Assembly (NCBI GenBank): GCA_965248195.1
Contig: CBDFIQ010000001.1
Span: forward strand, 1,434,658-1,498,657
DNA from: Longimicrobiales bacterium
GTDB lineage: Bacteria > Gemmatimonadota > Gemmatimonadetes > Longimicrobiales > Gaopeijiaceae
Length of the DNA: 64,000 bases
Reading direction: 5' to 3'
Shown here in pieces: positions 41,132-51,865 of the stretch. The notes under the pieces were generated by a model that saw only the letters and a program-made list of their open reading frames with translations, made no database searches and was not told the DNA's origin. Every line of letters begins with the position of its first letter. Within the stretch, counting starts at the first letter, position 1. The translations under genes were made by a program, and so were the position numbers.

Positions 41132-44100
41132 CGGAACCTGTCAACGACAATGGGACACTCTACGGGATTAATTAGAGAGCAATATCCTGTGTGGTGAGGG
41201 AAGGGATGGGAGGATTGATGTAGACGGCCTCCGGGAGCGGTTTGGGCTTCGGCACACCTGTGACGAAGCGTTCGGGATGAGCGGCCCATGCTTCGCGGAG
41301 CACGGATTTCCTGCCGGCAATGACCTGATCGGCGTTCCCGAAGTGGACCTGCTCGGGGGTTAGCATCGAGATACCGCCATGGCGGTGCTCGGCATTGTAC
41401 CAGCGGAAGAACGATCGACACAACGTCTTGGCCTGGCCCTGATCCCCGAACCGCCCGGGAAACGAGGGATGGTACTTCAAGGTTTTGAACTGAGCCTCGG
41501 AAAACGGGTTGTCATCCGACACCTGAGGCCGGCTCAACGAGCGAGTCACGCCGAGGTCAGCGAGAAGTTGAGCGGTGCATTGGCTCGTCATTGGAGCTCC
41601 CCGATCCGAGTGCAGGGTCAGGACCCGGGGCTGGACGCCATGCTTCAGGCAGCTCTGCTGGATCAACCGGCCGGCCAGGGCCGAGTTCTCCCGGTCCGCC
41701 ACCATCCAGCCCACGACGTAGCGGCTGTAGATGTCCATGATGACGTAGAGGTAGTAATAGCTCCACTTCTTCGGCCCGAGTAGCCGCGTGATATCCCAGG
41801 ACCACACCTGGTTCGGCGCCGTGGCCATCAACTCGGGCTTCTTGTACTCGGGATGGGTGCGCTGCGCCCGGCGTTCCTGAACCGGCACCTCGGAGGCCAG
41901 AACACGATACATCGTGCGTTCGCTGCACAGGTAGACCTCTTCGTCGAGCAGCGTGGCCACCACCTCGGCGGGTGAGCGGTCCACGAACCGCTCCGAACAC
42001 AGCGTGTCGAAGACCTCGCCTCGTTCCGTCTCGCTCAATGCCCGGGCGGGCGTCGGGCGGGGCTGCCGTTGCCCGGTCGATGGGCCTCGACGACGGTAGA
42101 ACGTCGATCGGGAGACCTCGAGAGCCGCGCACGCCGGTTTTACACCGACGTGCTTAGCCAGCTCATCGGCCGCCTTCAAGAGTTCGTCCCGTCGTCGAGG
42201 CTTATCCCCAGCAGCCCCGCAACTTTTCCCTGCACGTCGATGATCAGGTGTGCCTTCCTGAGCTCATTCTCGAGCCGTGCGTTTTGCCGCTCCAGCTTGC
42301 GTACCTTCTCATCCAGCGGATTCCGCTCCGGCTTGCGGCCGCGTTTCTTCGACAGGGCCTTCAGCGACCCGCTATGCGCCGCCTTGCGCCACGTCGTCAG
42401 GTGCGACGAGTACAGGCCCTCGCGCCGCAGGAGCTGACCCACCTCGCCGGGCTCGGTGCACCGGTCCGCTTCTTCGACGATCCGCAGCTTGTACGATGGA
42501 CTGAACCGCCGGCGTAGCGGCCTATCTACTACCTCCGGGTCCGCAGGAGCTGCCGCGCTTCGCTTGGCCTCCCCGATTCCAGCGGAACCTGTCAACGACA
42601 ATGGGACACTCTACGGGATTAATTAGAGAGCAATATCCTGTGTGGTGAGGGAAGGGATGGGAGGATTGATGTAGACGGCCTCCGGGAGCGGTTTGGGCTT
42701 CGGCACACCTGTGACGAAGCGTTCGGGATGAGCGGCCCATGCTTCGCGGAGCACGGATTTCCTGCCGGCAATGACCTGATCGGCGTTCCCGAAGTGGACC
42801 TGCTCGGGGGTTAGCATCGAGATACCGCCATGGCGGTGCTCGGCATTGTACCAGCGGAAGAACGATCGACACAACGTCTTGGCCTGGCCCTGATCCCCGA
42901 ACCGCCCGGGAAACGAGGGATGGTACTTCAAGGTTTTGAACTGAGCCTCGGAAAACGGGTTGTCATCCGACACCTGAGGCCGGCTCAACGAGCGAGTCAC
43001 GCCGAGGTCAGCGAGAAGTTGAGCGGTGCATTGGCTCGTCATTGGAGCTCCCCGATCCGAGTGCAGGGTCAGGACCCGGGGCTGGACGCCATGCTTCAGG
43101 CAGCTCTGCTGGATCAACCGGCCGGCCAGGGCCGAGTTCTCCCGGTCCGCCACCATCCAGCCCACGACGTAGCGGCTGTAGATGTCCATGATGACGTAGA
43201 GGTAGTAATAGCTCCACTTCTTCGGCCCGAGTAGCCGCGTGATATCCCAGGACCACACCTGGTTCGGCGCCGTGGCCATCAACTCGGGCTTCTTGTACTC
43301 GGGATGGGTGCGCTGCGCCCGGCGTTCCTGAACCGGCACCTCGGAGGCCAGAACACGATACATCGTGCGTTCGCTGCACAGGTAGACCTCTTCGTCGAGC
43401 AGCGTGGCCACCACCTCGGCGGGTGAGCGGTCCACGAACCGCTCCGAACACAGCGTGTCGAAGACCTCGCCTCGTTCCGTCTCGCTCAATGCCCGGGCGG
43501 GCGTCGGGCGGGGCTGCCGTTGCCCGGTCGATGGGCCTCGACGACGGTAGAACGTCGATCGGGAGACCTCGAGAGCCGCGCACGCCGGTTTTACACCGAC
43601 GTGCTTAGCCAGCTCATCGGCCGCCTTCAAGAGTTCGTCCCGTCGTCGAGGCTTATCCCCAGCAGCCCCGCAACTTTTCCCTGCACGTCGATGATCAGGT
43701 GTGCCTTCCTGAGCTCATTCTCGAGCCGTGCGTTTTGCCGCTCCAGCTTGCGTACCTTCTCATCCAGCGGATTCCGCTCCGGCTTGCGGCCGCGTTTCTT
43801 CGACAGGGCCTTCAGCGACCCGCTATGCGCCGCCTTGCGCCACGTCGTCAGGTGCGACGAGTACAGGCCCTCGCGCCGCAGGAGCTGACCCACCTCGCCG
43901 GGCTCGGTGCACCGGTCCGCTTCTTCGACGATCCGCAGCTTGTACGATGGACTGAACCGCCGGCGTAGCGGCCTATCTACTACCTCCGGGTCCGCAGGAG
44001 CTGCCGCGCTTCGCTTGGCCTCCCCGATTCCAGGGGCACTACCATTCTCTTCCATTCTCTCTCGCAGTCCCAACATGTTCGTTTTCTCTGCCTTCGCCCT

Positions 44101-44268
44101 ACTCTAATTCTTTGCGTGCTCCGTGTCTCACGTACGTTGGCAGAGAGGGCAGGGGCACTACCATTCTCTTCCATTCTCTCTCGCAGTCCCAACATGTTCG
44201 TTTTCTCTGCCTTCGCCCTACTCTAATTCTTTGCGTGCTCCGTGTCTCACGTACGTTGGCAGAGAGGG
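41132..44268 (-). mobile_element. IS3 copy (outer) interrupted in orfA by an identical IS3
   Basis: TSD GAA; the pieces sum to 1567 bp. Confidence 0.95.
42583..44149 (-). mobile_element. IS3 copy nested in IS3
   Basis: TSD CAG; 1567 bp; orfA 43627-44076, orfB 42623-43630. Confidence 0.96.
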
Positions 44269-44737
44269 GAACACGGTAAGGCTCGTCGCTCCGGCTAAAC
44301 CTTCGGATCTGTCGAAGGCGGAGGTAGACCTTATCGACGAGGTCTGGGACGAGTATGGGCGCATTGATGTTGTCGAATACAGCCACCAACTGCCGGAGTG
44401 GGAACATCCCCAGGAGAAAGGAAGGCTTAGGATCAGATACGCAGACATCCTGAAAGCGGAAGGGTGGCCTGCAGATGAAATATCCGAACTCTTAGGGGTG
44501 CTGAAGGCAGAGAAGGTAGCAACCGACCTCCTGGGATGAATGAACAGGGGCCCGTTGCGTTGCGTATGTGTAGGTACAATATTGCAGGTGCGGCCCCACC
44601 AGGTACCGAACCCCCTAACCATCTTAGGGTGAGCGCCGCCACGAAACGGCGAATAGGGCCTGGGGGGCCATGCCCGGCTCATTGATGTGGATTTGCTAGC
44701 AGCGCGGGGCTTGGAAGCTCATGGTTCACCGGCTCGC

Positions 44738-44797
44738 CCGTGGCCCGAAGACGCCATTGTGCGCGGCGAGGTCATGTGGGCTGGGAAGATGCTGTGA
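44738..44797 (+). pseudogene. Remnant of an S24 repressor C-terminus (PWPEDAIVRGEVMWAGKML*)
   Basis: Aligns with the intact CI end PWPDGAEVIGEVKWMAREL*. Confidence 0.7.
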
Positions 44798-44823
44798 CGG
44801 AGAAGATGCAGCCGCGTCGTCTG

Positions 44824-45388
44824 GTGGGCGAAGTCCACCTGGCCCTGACGCCCAGGCGCCGTCTCGAAGCGCACGACCGGCTCCTCTGGGGGTCGAGGCC
44901 GGACCTTGCGTACATAGCGCTTCACTTTGGTTGTAACTGCCCGGGTAGCCAGCGGCCCGGACCTCCTTGAAGAGCCGTACAGCCGTGAGCTTCGGGTACT
45001 CCTTGAGACGCGTGTCGATCAACGGCTTGTACGGATCCAGCTTCGACGGCATCAGACATCTCGGACCGTACCCGACACGCTCTTCGTCCAACTCCCGGTC
45101 CAGTTGACCGGTCTCTATCCAGTGGTACACGGTACGGCGACTGACCCCCAGATCCCGGGCGATCACCGCCTTGTTCATCCCCTGCTCGAGGTAATGACGG
45201 AGCAGCACGCGCTTCTCCCTTCCGATCATTGCACCTCCACGTTCGCGGTGGAGGCGCCAAGTGAGTGGATCGGCCGGAAGATCGCTCGGGGTGGTGCCTA
45301 CATCCCCACTCTCCCGCCCGCTAGGTCAAAGCGCCAAGTGTGCAATTTTCGATGGCCACATGTGTGCAATATTGGAAGGCCGCTAACA
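44824..45388 (-). mobile_element. istA: Truncated IS21-family element (left end plus frameshifted istA 5' part)
   Basis: End TGTTAGCGGCC with repeated ATTGCACAC boxes; N-terminal HTH, SKLDPYK and RFETAPGRQGQVDFAH, then the sequence breaks. Confidence 0.85.
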
Positions 45389-45454
45389 CCCTAGGTGCGA
45401 TTCCGGATCACGTACGAATTCATGAGAAGTGACACTGACATATAACACTAGATT

Positions 45455-45487
45455 GACCCCCGTTCCGGACTTCCCCGGGCGGGGGTC
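45455..45487. terminator. GC-rich hairpin, possible terminator downstream of darT
   Basis: GACCCCCG...CGGGGGTC stem followed by gagtctttt. Confidence 0.45.
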
Positions 45488-46115
45488 GAGTCTTTTCGGT
45501 TCCTCTCGGGAAGGTCCCCACTTCAGCGAGTCCAGATCCCATACAAGAAATCCCATTGATATACGCTCCTCTCGGTACGGTTAGGGTCCGAGGGAAGTGT
45601 ACTCGGGTTGGTGGGGCGTTGGGATGGCTGGATCGGCCGTGTTTAGAACGGAAGATCATCGTCGATAGTGATCATGCCCCTATATGCCAGACAACCGTCG
45701 ATATGGATCGTAACGCGTACGAGGCCATGGCTTCCGGGGAGTCTGATCGAGGTTCTTTCTTTGTGTACAGGTATGCTCCCGTGCCAATTCATTTGCGACG
45801 GTTCGTTGCCGAAGGATTTGAACCACACAGAAATCGGAACCTCAGTGTAGACGGGTCGTGGGAGGTCGATATCCACAAGATTTCCTTCTCGCCCCGACAC
45901 GTTTTCAACGTAGGGCCACCGCCGCTGGAACAATCCGGCGAACCCAGTACCGATTCTATTTGCCCAGGCACCGTATGGTCCCTTGTTCAGTCCCTGTAGG
46001 AGCGTCGTTCTCTCCGCAGCACTACGACAGTAAATGGCTTTGAGTTCGGGGCCCAAAGAGATGCTCCCTGGTATGACCACCTCCGCGTGCCGAGCCTTCT
46101 TGATTTCCGCCTTTC

Positions 46116-49100
46116 CCCTCTCTGCCAACGTACGTGAGACACGGAGCACGCAAAGAATTAGAGTAGGGCGAAGGCAGAGAAAACGAACATGTTGGGACTG
46201 CGAGAGAGAATGGAAGAGAATGGTAGTGCCCCTGGAATCGGGGAGGCCAAGCCCTCTCTGCCAACGTACGTGAGACACGGAGCACGCAAAGAATTAGAGT
46301 AGGGCGAAGGCAGAGAAAACGAACATGTTGGGACTGCGAGAGAGAATGGAAGAGAATGGTAGTGCCCCTGGAATCGGGGAGGCCAAGCGAAGCGCGGCAG
46401 CTCCTGCGGACCCGGAGGTAGTAGATAGGCCGCTACGCCGGCGGTTCAGTCCATCGTACAAGCTGCGGATCGTCGAAGAAGCGGACCGGTGCACCGAGCC
46501 CGGCGAGGTGGGTCAGCTCCTGCGGCGCGAGGGCCTGTACTCGTCGCACCTGACGACGTGGCGCAAGGCGGCGCATAGCGGGTCGCTGAAGGCCCTGTCG
46601 AAGAAACGCGGCCGCAAGCCGGAGCGGAATCCGCTGGATGAGAAGGTACGCAAGCTGGAGCGGCAAAACGCACGGCTCGAGAATGAGCTCAGGAAGGCAC
46701 ACCTGATCATCGACGTGCAGGGAAAAGTTGCGGGGCTGCTGGGGATAAGCCTCGACGACGGGACGAACTCTTGAAGGCGGCCGATGAGCTGGCTAAGCAC
46801 GTCGGTGTAAAACCGGCGTGCGCGGCTCTCGAGGTCTCCCGATCGACGTTCTACCGTCGTCGAGGCCCATCGACCGGGCAACGGCAGCCCCGCCCGACGC
46901 CCGCCCGGGCATTGAGCGAGACGGAACGAGGCGAGGTCTTCGACACGCTGTGTTCGGAGCGGTTCGTGGACCGCTCACCCGCCGAGGTGGTGGCCACGCT
47001 GCTCGACGAAGAGGTCTACCTGTGCAGCGAACGCACGATGTATCGTGTTCTGGCCTCCGAGGTGCCGGTTCAGGAACGCCGGGCGCAGCGCACCCATCCC
47101 GAGTACAAGAAGCCCGAGTTGATGGCCACGGCGCCGAACCAGGTGTGGTCCTGGGATATCACGCGGCTACTCGGGCCGAAGAAGTGGAGCTATTACTACC
47201 TCTACGTCATCATGGACATCTACAGCCGCTACGTCGTGGGCTGGATGGTGGCGGACCGGGAGAACTCGGCCCTGGCCGGCCGGTTGATCCAGCAGAGCTG
47301 CCTGAAGCATGGCGTCCAGCCCCGGGTCCTGACCCTGCACTCGGATCGGGGAGCTCCAATGACGAGCCAATGCACCGCTCAACTTCTCGCTGACCTCGGC
47401 GTGACTCGCTCGTTGAGCCGGCCTCAGGTGTCGGATGACAACCCGTTTTCCGAGGCTCAGTTCAAAACCTTGAAGTACCATCCCTCGTTTCCCGGGCGGT
47501 TCGGGGATCAGGGCCAGGCCAAGACGTTGTGTCGATCGTTCTTCCGCTGGTACAATGCCGAGCACCGCCATGGCGGTATCTCGATGCTAACCCCCGAGCA
47601 GGTCCACTTCGGGAACGCCGATCAGGTCATTGCCGGCAGGAAATCCGTGCTCCGCGAAGCATGGGCCGCTCATCCCGAACGCTTCGTCACAGGTGTGCCG
47701 AAGCCCAAACCGCTCCCGGAGGCCGTCTACATCAATCCTCCCATCCCTTCCCTCACCACACAGGATATTGCTCTCTAATTAATCCCGTAGAGTGTCCCAT
47801 TGTCGTTGACAGGTTCCGAAGCGAAGCGCGGCAGCTCCTGCGGACCCGGAGGTAGTAGATAGGCCGCTACGCCGGCGGTTCAGTCCATCGTACAAGCTGC
47901 GGATCGTCGAAGAAGCGGACCGGTGCACCGAGCCCGGCGAGGTGGGTCAGCTCCTGCGGCGCGAGGGCCTGTACTCGTCGCACCTGACGACGTGGCGCAA
48001 GGCGGCGCATAGCGGGTCGCTGAAGGCCCTGTCGAAGAAACGCGGCCGCAAGCCGGAGCGGAATCCGCTGGATGAGAAGGTACGCAAGCTGGAGCGGCAA
48101 AACGCACGGCTCGAGAATGAGCTCAGGAAGGCACACCTGATCATCGACGTGCAGGGAAAAGTTGCGGGGCTGCTGGGGATAAGCCTCGACGACGGGACGA
48201 ACTCTTGAAGGCGGCCGATGAGCTGGCTAAGCACGTCGGTGTAAAACCGGCGTGCGCGGCTCTCGAGGTCTCCCGATCGACGTTCTACCGTCGTCGAGGC
48301 CCATCGACCGGGCAACGGCAGCCCCGCCCGACGCCCGCCCGGGCATTGAGCGAGACGGAACGAGGCGAGGTCTTCGACACGCTGTGTTCGGAGCGGTTCG
48401 TGGACCGCTCACCCGCCGAGGTGGTGGCCACGCTGCTCGACGAAGAGGTCTACCTGTGCAGCGAACGCACGATGTATCGTGTTCTGGCCTCCGAGGTGCC
48501 GGTTCAGGAACGCCGGGCGCAGCGCACCCATCCCGAGTACAAGAAGCCCGAGTTGATGGCCACGGCGCCGAACCAGGTGTGGTCCTGGGATATCACGCGG
48601 CTACTCGGGCCGAAGAAGTGGAGCTATTACTACCTCTACGTCATCATGGATATCTACAGCCGCTACGTCGTGGGCTGGATGGTGGCGGACCGGGAGAACT
48701 CGGCCCTGGCCGGCCGGTTGATCCAGCAGAGCTGCCTGAAGCATGGCGTCCAGCCCCGGGTCCTGACCCTGCACTCGGATCGGGGAGCTCCAATGACGAG
48801 CCAATGCACCGCTCAACTTCTCGCTGACCTCGGCGTGACTCGCTCGTTGAGCCGGCCTCAGGTGTCGGATGACAACCCGTTTTCCGAGGCTCAGTTCAAA
48901 ACCTTGAAGTACCATCCCTCGTTTCCCGGGCGGTTCGGGGATCAGGGCCAGGCCAAGACGTTGTGTCGATCGTTCTTCCGCTGGTACAATGCCGAGCACC
49001 GCCATGGCGGTATCTCGATGCTAACCCCCGAGCAGGTCCACTTCGGGAACGCCGATCAGGTCATTGCCGGCAGGAAATCCGTGCTCCGTGAAGCATGGGC

Positions 49101-49252
49101 CGCTCATCCCGAACGCTTCGTCACAGGTGTGCCGAAGCCCAAACCGCTCCCGGAGGCCGTCTACATCAATCCTCCCATCCCTTCCCTCACCACACAGGAT
49201 ATTGCTCTCTAATTAATCCCGTAGAGTGTCCCATTGTCGTTGACAGGTTCCG
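46116..49252 (+). mobile_element. IS3 copy (outer) interrupted in orfA by IS3; carries two substitutions relative to the other copies
   Basis: TSD TTC; C>T at 48651 and 49089. Confidence 0.95.
46252..47818 (+). mobile_element. IS3 copy nested in IS3
   Basis: TSD AAG; 1567 bp. Confidence 0.96.
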
Positions 49253-49753
49253 TTCTGGACATCGGCATTGGTGAGTCGCTGTAAACGTCAACCCAAGGGA
49301 TATCATTAACGAAGTAGTCCCGTCGCTCACTATGACCTATATAAGACGCCAATGTCCCCCGAGAGAATCGGGCGTCATCGCGGCTGATGATCTCGACGAG
49401 ATCGAATAGAAAGAAGACCGGTACCGGACAGTGGCCATTGCCCCTCGTATGTGGAGGTTGGATTCCTTCGTTGACGTACTGCGTTGGGGTACGCGGCCGG
49501 AAGTAAAGCCGCACTAGGTCGAGATATTCCTCCTTAGTGCCGGCTATGATTTCGGGATTGGCATTGTCGTTCTTCATGAGGCCGAGGCTCTCAGCCCTGG
49601 TCCGTGAATAGAGCACGTTCGTGTTTAGGACCGATGTCGCGTTCCGAATGTCGGTGAAGTGGTAGACGTACTTCGGCCACCAGGCCCTACCCTCGGACTT
49701 TAGCTTACCTGACCATTTGGCAACATGTGCATCGAGGTCAGGGCGCCAGTCCT

Positions 49754-50665
49754 TCATTCCCCGGCTGCGATAACCTCGAACTCTGAGGACGCATCGGCCG
49801 GCCGCCGGAAGCGTAGCTGGAGCCCCTGTGACGGTCGCTGGTGAAATTCACCGTAATCCTCAGCAAGCTCCACCCGGCCGATATAGGGTAGCTCTGCCAG
49901 GAGAGGGAAGACGAGGGAGTACTCACGACCGATGCGGCCAGGAGCTTCGCTCGATCTAACCGTACCTGCGGCCTCCATACGACTCCAGAGGAGGTCTACA
50001 TCCTCCACAGGGATATGTACGCGGCTTCCACTTCGGCGATCAAATATGAGGTTGTCCCCCGTGACCTCGACCAGTTGGTACGGGGTCTCCGTTGTGAACG
50101 TACGAAGGTCTAGGTTTCGGTCGGATAGCTGTCTCAAGTCCTCCCACAACTCTCCGAAAGTCCCAGGGGTAGGTGCGGATTCAAATAAGTCCGGCCACTC
50201 ATGCTCAGGGACGAAGCTGGTTCCTTCCCGTCGGAGATGTATGAAGACCGGTATAGGGAGTTTGCCTAGGTACGACTCCATCAACGGTCTGACCTGCGTG
50301 TCGAAGTCCAAGCCGCCGTTCCCACAACCCAAGAGCGGAAAAGAAATGCTATCGATGCCGCGCTCAGCATAGGTATGTACAAACTTGTCGAGGCCCGCTT
50401 CGACGTATTCCGGCTTCGAGGGCCTTCGCCAGCTTTCCTTGGTCGGAAAGTTGAGTACCCATCGATTGGGCGTCCGGTAGAGCCATAGCTGCCCCACCTT
50501 GAACCGCCCGGAATCACAAAAATCCTTATACGCCTTAAACATTGGCGGGTAGCGTTTCTTGAAATCTAAGGCCACGCCCTTACCCATCACGCCTACGGTG
50601 TTAACCGTATTGACGAGTACACGGGCGGGCGAACTAAAGAGGGGACTACTGAGGTAACGAAGCAC
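49754..50665 (-). CDS. darG: DarG-like macrodomain antitoxin (ADP-ribosyl glycohydrolase)
   Basis: LVNTVNTVGVMGKGVA, NFPTK..W and LGCGNGGL motifs; GGGAGG RBS; stop codon overlaps the darT ATG. Confidence 0.88.
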   Translation of the reverse strand: MLRYLSSPLFSSPARVLVNTVNTVGVMGKGVALDFKKRYPPMFKAYKDFCDSGRFKVGQLWLYRTPNRWVLNFPTKESWRRPSKPEYVEAGLDKFVHTYAERGIDSISFPLLGCGNGGLDFDTQVRPLMESYLGKLPIPVFIHLRREGTSFVPEHEWPDLFESAPTPGTFGELWEDLRQLSDRNLDLRTFTTETPYQLVEVTGDNLIFDRRSGSRVHIPVEDVDLLWSRMEAAGTVRSSEAPGRIGREYSLVFPLLAELPYIGRVELAEDYGEFHQRPSQGLQLRFRRPADASSEFEVIAAGE

Positions 50666-50938
50666 ACGGCCCTCCCGGTCAGGCTACGGAATCGGGGCCC
50701 GTAGTCGGTCCCACGTCAGGTTATGGGTATCGGAGTAGAGGTGCAACGGCACAGCTTGTAGACAAAGATATGCCGAATAAAACCCGAAAAGCAAGGATCA
50801 ATTTCATGAGGCGTTACCGCTACCGTTGTTCCACCCCCCGGCACTCGGGCACCTCGACCCACTCAGTCCAGGGCCGGCGTTGACAACCCATCCCGGACGT
50901 GCCGCGCTCGGTAGTACCACGTCCTCCCTGGGGGCGCA

Positions 50939-51802
50939 GGTCAAGTCCCGAGTTGTGTGTAAAAGTGAGAGGAAGCTCCTCGATGCTTCGGTTAGGCTGC
51001 CTTGGCGACCTCCTTCGGTTCGAGAAGCGTGAGATCGAGGTAGCGGCGTTCGCTCCAGACCGCAGTAGTCCTCAGAGCAACCGCGGTGATGAGGCGGAGC
51101 GCACTGGCTCGGTCGGGGAAGGCGCCGGCGCTCCGGATTCGACGCTTGATCTCGGTGTGCAGGCGCTCGAGGCTGTTCGTGGTGCGTAGCCTGGCCCAGT
51201 GGGGCTCGGGGAACGCGTAGAACTGGGTGGCGGCCGTGAAGCCCCGCTCGAGCACCCTCATTGCCTCGGGGAGTTCGTTGTGCCAGCGCGCCGTGATCTC
51301 GGCCAGGCGCTTCTTCGCCTCAGCGAGTCCGGGGGCCCGGAAGATGGCGGCAACCTCGCGCGCCACACGCTTGCGCAGCGGCGGGCGAGCCGCCTTCCCG
51401 GCTGCGCGGCACCATCACGTCGATCTGACCCAAGCTCGTGAGCAGGCGCCTGAGGTACGTGCCGTTCCTGTGGTCCTTCTTCCGGCTGCCGACCCGCTCG
51501 AAACGACGCGCTCCGACCATCGCCTTCAACTCCTCCTCCAGCACCATCTCGAGCGTCAAACGAATCGCGCCCTGAAACAACGACTTCAAATCCTGCCGTA
51601 ACTCTTCTTGCGTGGCCCGCTCAACTTCAACCATCTTTTCCATGAGGAAGCTCCTTTCCGGGTCCGGACCTGCTGACGCAGGCCCGGACTCCCCGGGTTC
51701 GTGTGATGATGAACATTCACAAGGAGCTTCCTCTCTCTTTCCCGGGCTGTCCACCCTCCCCGGACCCCTCACCCCCTTTTACACAAATATCGCGACACTA
51801 CC
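50939..51802 (-). mobile_element. Divergent IS256 relative with an internal deletion (864 bp)
   Basis: Both inverted repeats present; the transposase N-terminus (MEKMVEVERATQEE) is joined to the C-terminus (RVAREV...VAKAA) with the catalytic middle missing; no TSD. Confidence 0.85.
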
Positions 51803-51865
51803 GCGAAATCTTTGAACCGCCTGCAGGAGATGATCGTGGGGTTGGTCTTATGGGATCCGGAGTGT

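Larger units (their letters stand above)
40821..44539 (+). pseudogene. Panacea-domain (SocA/DUF4065) antitoxin (192 aa when rejoined), split by IS3
   Basis: LKLVKLVYLTDR..L.RFGRPVT.D....PYGP and YSH..PEW motifs; 40821-41131 joins 44272-44539 in frame (TSD GAA). Confidence 0.85.
45643..49757 (-). pseudogene. darT: DarT-family (DUF4433) DNA ADP-ribosyltransferase toxin (324 aa when rejoined), split by nested IS3
   Basis: YHFT, VRLYFRPRTP and RHAEV motifs; 49757-49253 joins 46112-45643 in frame as ...MPMSR|KAEIKKARHAE (TSD TTC). Confidence 0.85.

Noticed and set aside
29247..44830. 27-bp repeats as a CRISPR array or integron attC sites
   Set aside because: They are kilobases apart, not palindromic, have no cas or intI nearby, and read as protein-coding tails.
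29872..49252. Nested ISs as an assembly artefact
   Set aside because: Nearly every layer has its own distinct TSD, all have exact unit lengths, and the interrupted genes rejoin in frame.
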